Assembly: GCA_963775485.1 (NCBI GenBank)
Contig: CAVZIH010000003.1
Location: forward strand, 120,252-184,251
Length of the DNA stretch: 64,000 bases
Source: an uncultured Solirubrobacteraceae bacterium
Lineage (GTDB): Bacteria > Actinomycetota > Thermoleophilia > Solirubrobacterales > Solirubrobacteraceae
Reading direction: 5' to 3'
Under the pieces are notes generated by a model. It did no database searches and was not told the DNA's origin. It saw only the letters and a program-made list of their open reading frames with translations. The translations under genes and the position numbers were made by a program. Positions 60,736 to 64,000 of this stretch are shown one piece after another (position 1 is the stretch's first letter; each line of letters starts with the position of its first letter).

Positions 60736-61742
60736 CAGCGGCTCATCATCCGGGCGACGTTGCGCATGTGATCGCTGCTCGTGGCCTCCGCGTCGCGGAT
60801 CGTGGTGCCCGTGTAGGCGAGGAACACGTCGTCGAGCGAGGGGCGCGAGACGCTCACCGAGCTGATCGGCAGGCCGAGCTCCCCGAACAGCCGCGGCACG
60901 AACGCCTCGCCTCCGGGCACGCCGAACGTCACCGCCCCTTCGGCCGTCAGCGCGTCGTCGATCCCGAAGCGCTCGCGCAGTGCGTCGATCGCGGCGCTGT
61001 CATCCGGGGTCTGGATCTGCACGCGGTCCTTGCCGACGCTTTCCTTGAGCGCCTCGGGCGTGTCGAGCACGACGATCCTGCCCTGGTCCATGATCGCGAT
61101 GCGATCGCAGTACTCGGCCTCGTCCATGTAGTGGGTGGTGAGGAAGATCGTGATGTCCTCCTCGCGTCCGAGCTTGGTGATGTAGCCCCAGATCGAGCTG
61201 CGCGTCTGCGGATCGAGGCCCACGGTGGGCTCGTCGAGGAACAGCACCCGCGGCGAGTGCAGCAGGCCCCGCGCGATCTCCAGGCGGCGCTTCATGCCGC
61301 CGGAGAACGTGTTCACGAGGTGCCCGCGGCGCTCCCACAGTTCGACCATCTCCATCACCTGCCGGATGCGCGCGCCGACGAGGTCGCGCGGCACGCCGTA
61401 GAGCTCCGCGTGCAGGCTGAGGTTCTCCTCGGCCGTGAGGTAGCCGTCGAGCGTCGTGTCCTGGAAGACGAGGCCGATGTTGCGGCGCACGTCGTCCCGT
61501 TCGCGGACCACGTCGTGGCCCGCGACCGTGGCGCTCCCGGCGCTCGGCTTGATCAGCGTGCAGAGCATGCTGATCGTCGTCGACTTCCCCGCGCCGTTGG
61601 GCCCGAGGAAGCCGAACGTCTCGCCGGTGCGAACCTCGAAGTCGATACCGCGCACGGCTTCGACCGCGTCGTAGCGCTTGACGAGGCCCTTCACCGCGAT
61701 CGCGGCGCCGGGAGTGGATGCGGTGGCGGCTGTGTCGCTCAC
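60735..61742 (-). CDS. ABC exporter ATP-binding protein (DrrA-like)
   Basis: GPNGAGKS, FSGGM, LFLDEPT, TTHYM. Confidence 0.95.
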   Translation of the reverse strand: MSDTAATASTPGAAIAVKGLVKRYDAVEAVRGIDFEVRTGETFGFLGPNGAGKSTTISMLCTLIKPSAGSATVAGHDVVRERDDVRRNIGLVFQDTTLDGYLTAEENLSLHAELYGVPRDLVGARIRQVMEMVELWERRGHLVNTFSGGMKRRLEIARGLLHSPRVLFLDEPTVGLDPQTRSSIWGYITKLGREEDITIFLTTHYMDEAEYCDRIAIMDQGRIVVLDTPEALKESVGKDRVQIQTPDDSAAIDALRERFGIDDALTAEGAVTFGVPGGEAFVPRLFGELGLPISSVSVSRPSLDDVFLAYTGTTIRDAEATSSDHMRNVARMMSR

Positions 61743-61788
61743 GTCGGCTCCTCTACGTTACTTGCTCGCCTACCGGCCGCCGTCCCGC

Positions 61789-62430
61789 CTACTCCCCGCC
61801 GCCGTCGTCGCCGTCGGCGAGGATCCGGTAGAGGTCGCGACGAGCCTGGGCGAGGACCTCCATGGCCTTGGCCATCTGCGCCTCGCTGCCCGCCTGCATG
61901 ATCTGGCGGAAGGCGAAGGCCAGCTCGCGCATCAGCCGGCCGAGCTCCTGGGCCCCGCCGCCCATGTCCGAGCGCATCTCCTCCCAGGGAGCCTGACTGT
62001 CATCTCCGCGCTCCTGGACGGCGGCCCGTCCGGCGTCGGTGAGCACGAACAGCTTGCGCCCGTCCTGCTCCTCCGAGCGGATCAGGCCCTCGTCCTCGAG
62101 CTGGGCCAGCGCCGGATAGACCGAGCCCGGGCTCGGGCGCCACAGGCCACCGCTGCGCTCCTCGACCTCCTGCATGATCTGGTAGCCGTTGCGGGGCTCC
62201 TCTGCGAGCAGCAGCAGCGCCGCGGTGCGGATGTCCCCGCGCCGCGCCTTGCGGCCCCGGCCCCTGCCTCGCGGACCGCCTCCGCCGCGGGGCCCGAAGC
62301 CTCCGAAGGGGTATCCGCCCCACTCGCCCCGGCCGCCGGGGCCGAAGCTCCGGCAGCGGTGGCCGCCATGGCGGCCCTGACGGCCCTCCGGCTCGCCGGG
62401 TCCCGCCTCGGTTGAATAACTGGAAAACAT
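61789..62430 (-). CDS. PadR-family transcriptional regulator
   Basis: RGDIRTAALLLLAE..NGYQIM..PSPGSVYPAL..LTDAG. Gly/Arg-rich N-terminus. Confidence 0.92.
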   Translation of the reverse strand: MFSSYSTEAGPGEPEGRQGRHGGHRCRSFGPGGRGEWGGYPFGGFGPRGGGGPRGRGRGRKARRGDIRTAALLLLAEEPRNGYQIMQEVEERSGGLWRPSPGSVYPALAQLEDEGLIRSEEQDGRKLFVLTDAGRAAVQERGDDSQAPWEEMRSDMGGGAQELGRLMRELAFAFRQIMQAGSEAQMAKAMEVLAQARRDLYRILADGDDGGGE

Positions 62431-62465
62431 ATCTACTTCCTATCTTGAGCTATCAAAGTACGCTC

Positions 62466-62477
62466 ACGATATATCGT
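62466..62477. promoter_or_regulatory. Perfect palindrome, likely PadR operator
   Basis: ACGATATATCGT in the AT-rich region about 35 bp upstream of the padR start. Confidence 0.65.
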
Positions 62478-62547
62478 AATGACGAAAATGTCAAGCCCTC
62501 CGGCTCGGGCCGGACATGCCCTGCGGCGGCGCCGGGGCGACGCGAAC

Positions 62548-64000
62548 CTAGTGGCGGAAGTGGCGACGTCCGCTCGCGACCATCGCGATGCCGGCGGCGT
62601 CCACCGCGGCGATCACGTCGTCGTCGCGCACGGAGCCACCCGGCTGGATGATCGCGCCGATGCCCGCGTCGATCGCGAGTTGCGGGCCGTCGGCGAACGG
62701 GAAGTAGGCATCCGAGGCGAGCGCGGAGCCGGCGAGCAGGCCGGGCTGGGCGTCCGTCGCCTTCTCCACCGCGATCCGCACGGCGTCGACCCTGCTCATC
62801 TGGCCCGCGCCGATGCCGATCGTCGCGGACCCGCTCGCCAGGACGATCGCGTTGGAGCGCACGTGGCGGCAGACGCGCCAGGCGAACAGCATGTCCCGCC
62901 ACTCCGTCTCGCTGGGCCGGCGCGCGCTCATCACCCGCATCTCCTCGCGCCGCTCGGAGACCACGTCGCGGGTCTGCACGAGCTGCCCGCCGATCACCGG
63001 CTTGGCTTCGAGGTCGCCCGCAGGCTCCGGCCAGGCGGCGAGCTCCAGCAGCCGCACGTTCTTCTTGGCCTGCAGCAGCTCGAGGCCGTCGTCGTCATAG
63101 CCGGGCGCGAGCAGCACCTCGATGAACTGCTTGGAGAGCTCCTCGGCGAACGCGCGGTCGACGTGCCGGTTGACCGCGATCACGCCGCCGTAGGCGCTCT
63201 GGGGGTCGCACGCGAAGGCCCGCATGTAGGCGCTCAGCCCGTCCTCGGCCACGGCGCAACCACATGGGTTGTTGTGCTTGACGATCGCGCACGCCGGCTC
63301 CTCGAACTCCTCCACGAGCTCCCGCGCGGCGCTGAGGTCGAGCAGGTTGTTGAACGACAGCTCCTTGCCGTGCAGCTGGCGAACGCCGTCGAGCAGATGC
63401 GTGGCGGCACCCGCACGCGCGTAGAAGGCGGCGCTCTGATGCGGGTTCTCGCCGTAGCGCAGCTCGCTCACCTTCTCGTAGGCCTCGCGCCGCGACTGCG
63501 GGAAGCCCTCCTCGGTCGCGCCGGCGAACCAGGTGGAGATCGCGGCGTCGTAGCGGGCGGTGCACGCGAACGCCTTGGCAGCGAGCCGCTTGCGCGTCGG
63601 CAGGGACAGCCGTCCGGCCGACCCTGTCAGCTCCTCGAGCACGCCCGCGTAGTCCGCGGGGTCGACGACGACGGCGGCGAAGGCGCTGTTCTTGGCGGCG
63701 GCCCGGATCATCGTCGGTCCACCGATGTCGATGTTCTCGATCACCTCCTCCTCGCCGGCGCCGCCGCGGGCGACGGTCTGCTCGAACGGATACAGGTTCA
63801 CGCACACCAGGTCCACCTGCTCGATCTCCTGCTCGGCCGCCGCGCGCAGGTGCGAGTCCTCGTCGCGCCGCGCCAGCAGCCCGGCGTAGAGCCGCGGGTG
63901 CAGCGTCTTCACGCGCCCGTCCATGATCTCGGGGAAGCCGGTGAAGTCCTCGATCGCGCGCACCGAGACGCCCGCCGCGGCCAGCTCGCGCGAGGTCCCG
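62548..64000 (-). CDS. purH: Bifunctional AICAR transformylase/IMP cyclohydrolase (5' end outside window)
   Basis: [60 protein letters not shown]. Confidence 0.97.
   Translation of the reverse strand, partial: GTSRELAAAGVSVRAIEDFTGFPEIMDGRVKTLHPRLYAGLLARRDEDSHLRAAAEQEIEQVDLVCVNLYPFEQTVARGGAGEEEVIENIDIGGPTMIRAAAKNSAFAAVVVDPADYAGVLEELTGSAGRLSLPTRKRLAAKAFACTARYDAAISTWFAGATEEGFPQSRREAYEKVSELRYGENPHQSAAFYARAGAATHLLDGVRQLHGKELSFNNLLDLSAARELVEEFEEPACAIVKHNNPCGCAVAEDGLSAYMRAFACDPQSAYGGVIAVNRHVDRAFAEELSKQFIEVLLAPGYDDDGLELLQAKKNVRLLELAAWPEPAGDLEAKPVIGGQLVQTRDVVSERREEMRVMSARRPSETEWRDMLFAWRVCRHVRSNAIVLASGSATIGIGAGQMSRVDAVRIAVEKATDAQPGLLAGSALASDAYFPFADGPQLAIDAGIGAIIQPGGSVRDDDVIAAVDAAGIAMVASGRRHFRH

Overview
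Very GC-rich actinobacterial DNA. Gene content and protein style suggest Thermoleophilia/Solirubrobacterales, which is my inference rather than a database result. Left to right: (1) 56-11130, a minus-strand surface-polysaccharide operon that appears to make a CDP-activated, C- and O-methylated 6-deoxysugar (rfbF, rfbG, rfbC, C3-methyltransferase, reductase, Wzx, two paralogous GT2s); (2) 11179-38523, a core-like stretch with a secreted lineage-type protein, P450, HU, FAD oxidase, isobutyryl-CoA-mutase-like subunit, two tandem secreted arylsulfotransferases converging on a P-loop sulfotransferase, desaturase plus two-component system, NAD-dependent formate dehydrogenase, several oxidoreductases, USP, an FtsH paralog and an L,D-transpeptidase; (3) tRNA-Asp, tRNA-Val and tRNA-Lys interleaved with a shattered FkbM methyltransferase, a second P450 and FprA; (4) about 43514-55431, a compositionally distinct island downstream of tRNA-Lys encoding an adenylate cyclase-STAND ATPase-helical repeat protein, a secreted sedolisin (S53), a ~1270-aa Kelch/Ig protein with a large uncharacterised C-terminal module and His-rich linker, an Rrf2 regulator, a PstS-like fragment and a small orphan; (5) GH79, AKR, amidase, a PadR-ABC exporter unit and 5'-truncated purH. 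The tRNA-Lys island is the best candidate for an undescribed system, followed by the sulfotransferase trio. Several frameshifts (rfbF, 12350-12665, 25361, 35430-35465, FkbM) look like uncorrected long-read indels. No CRISPR array, rRNA, integrase or transposase was seen.
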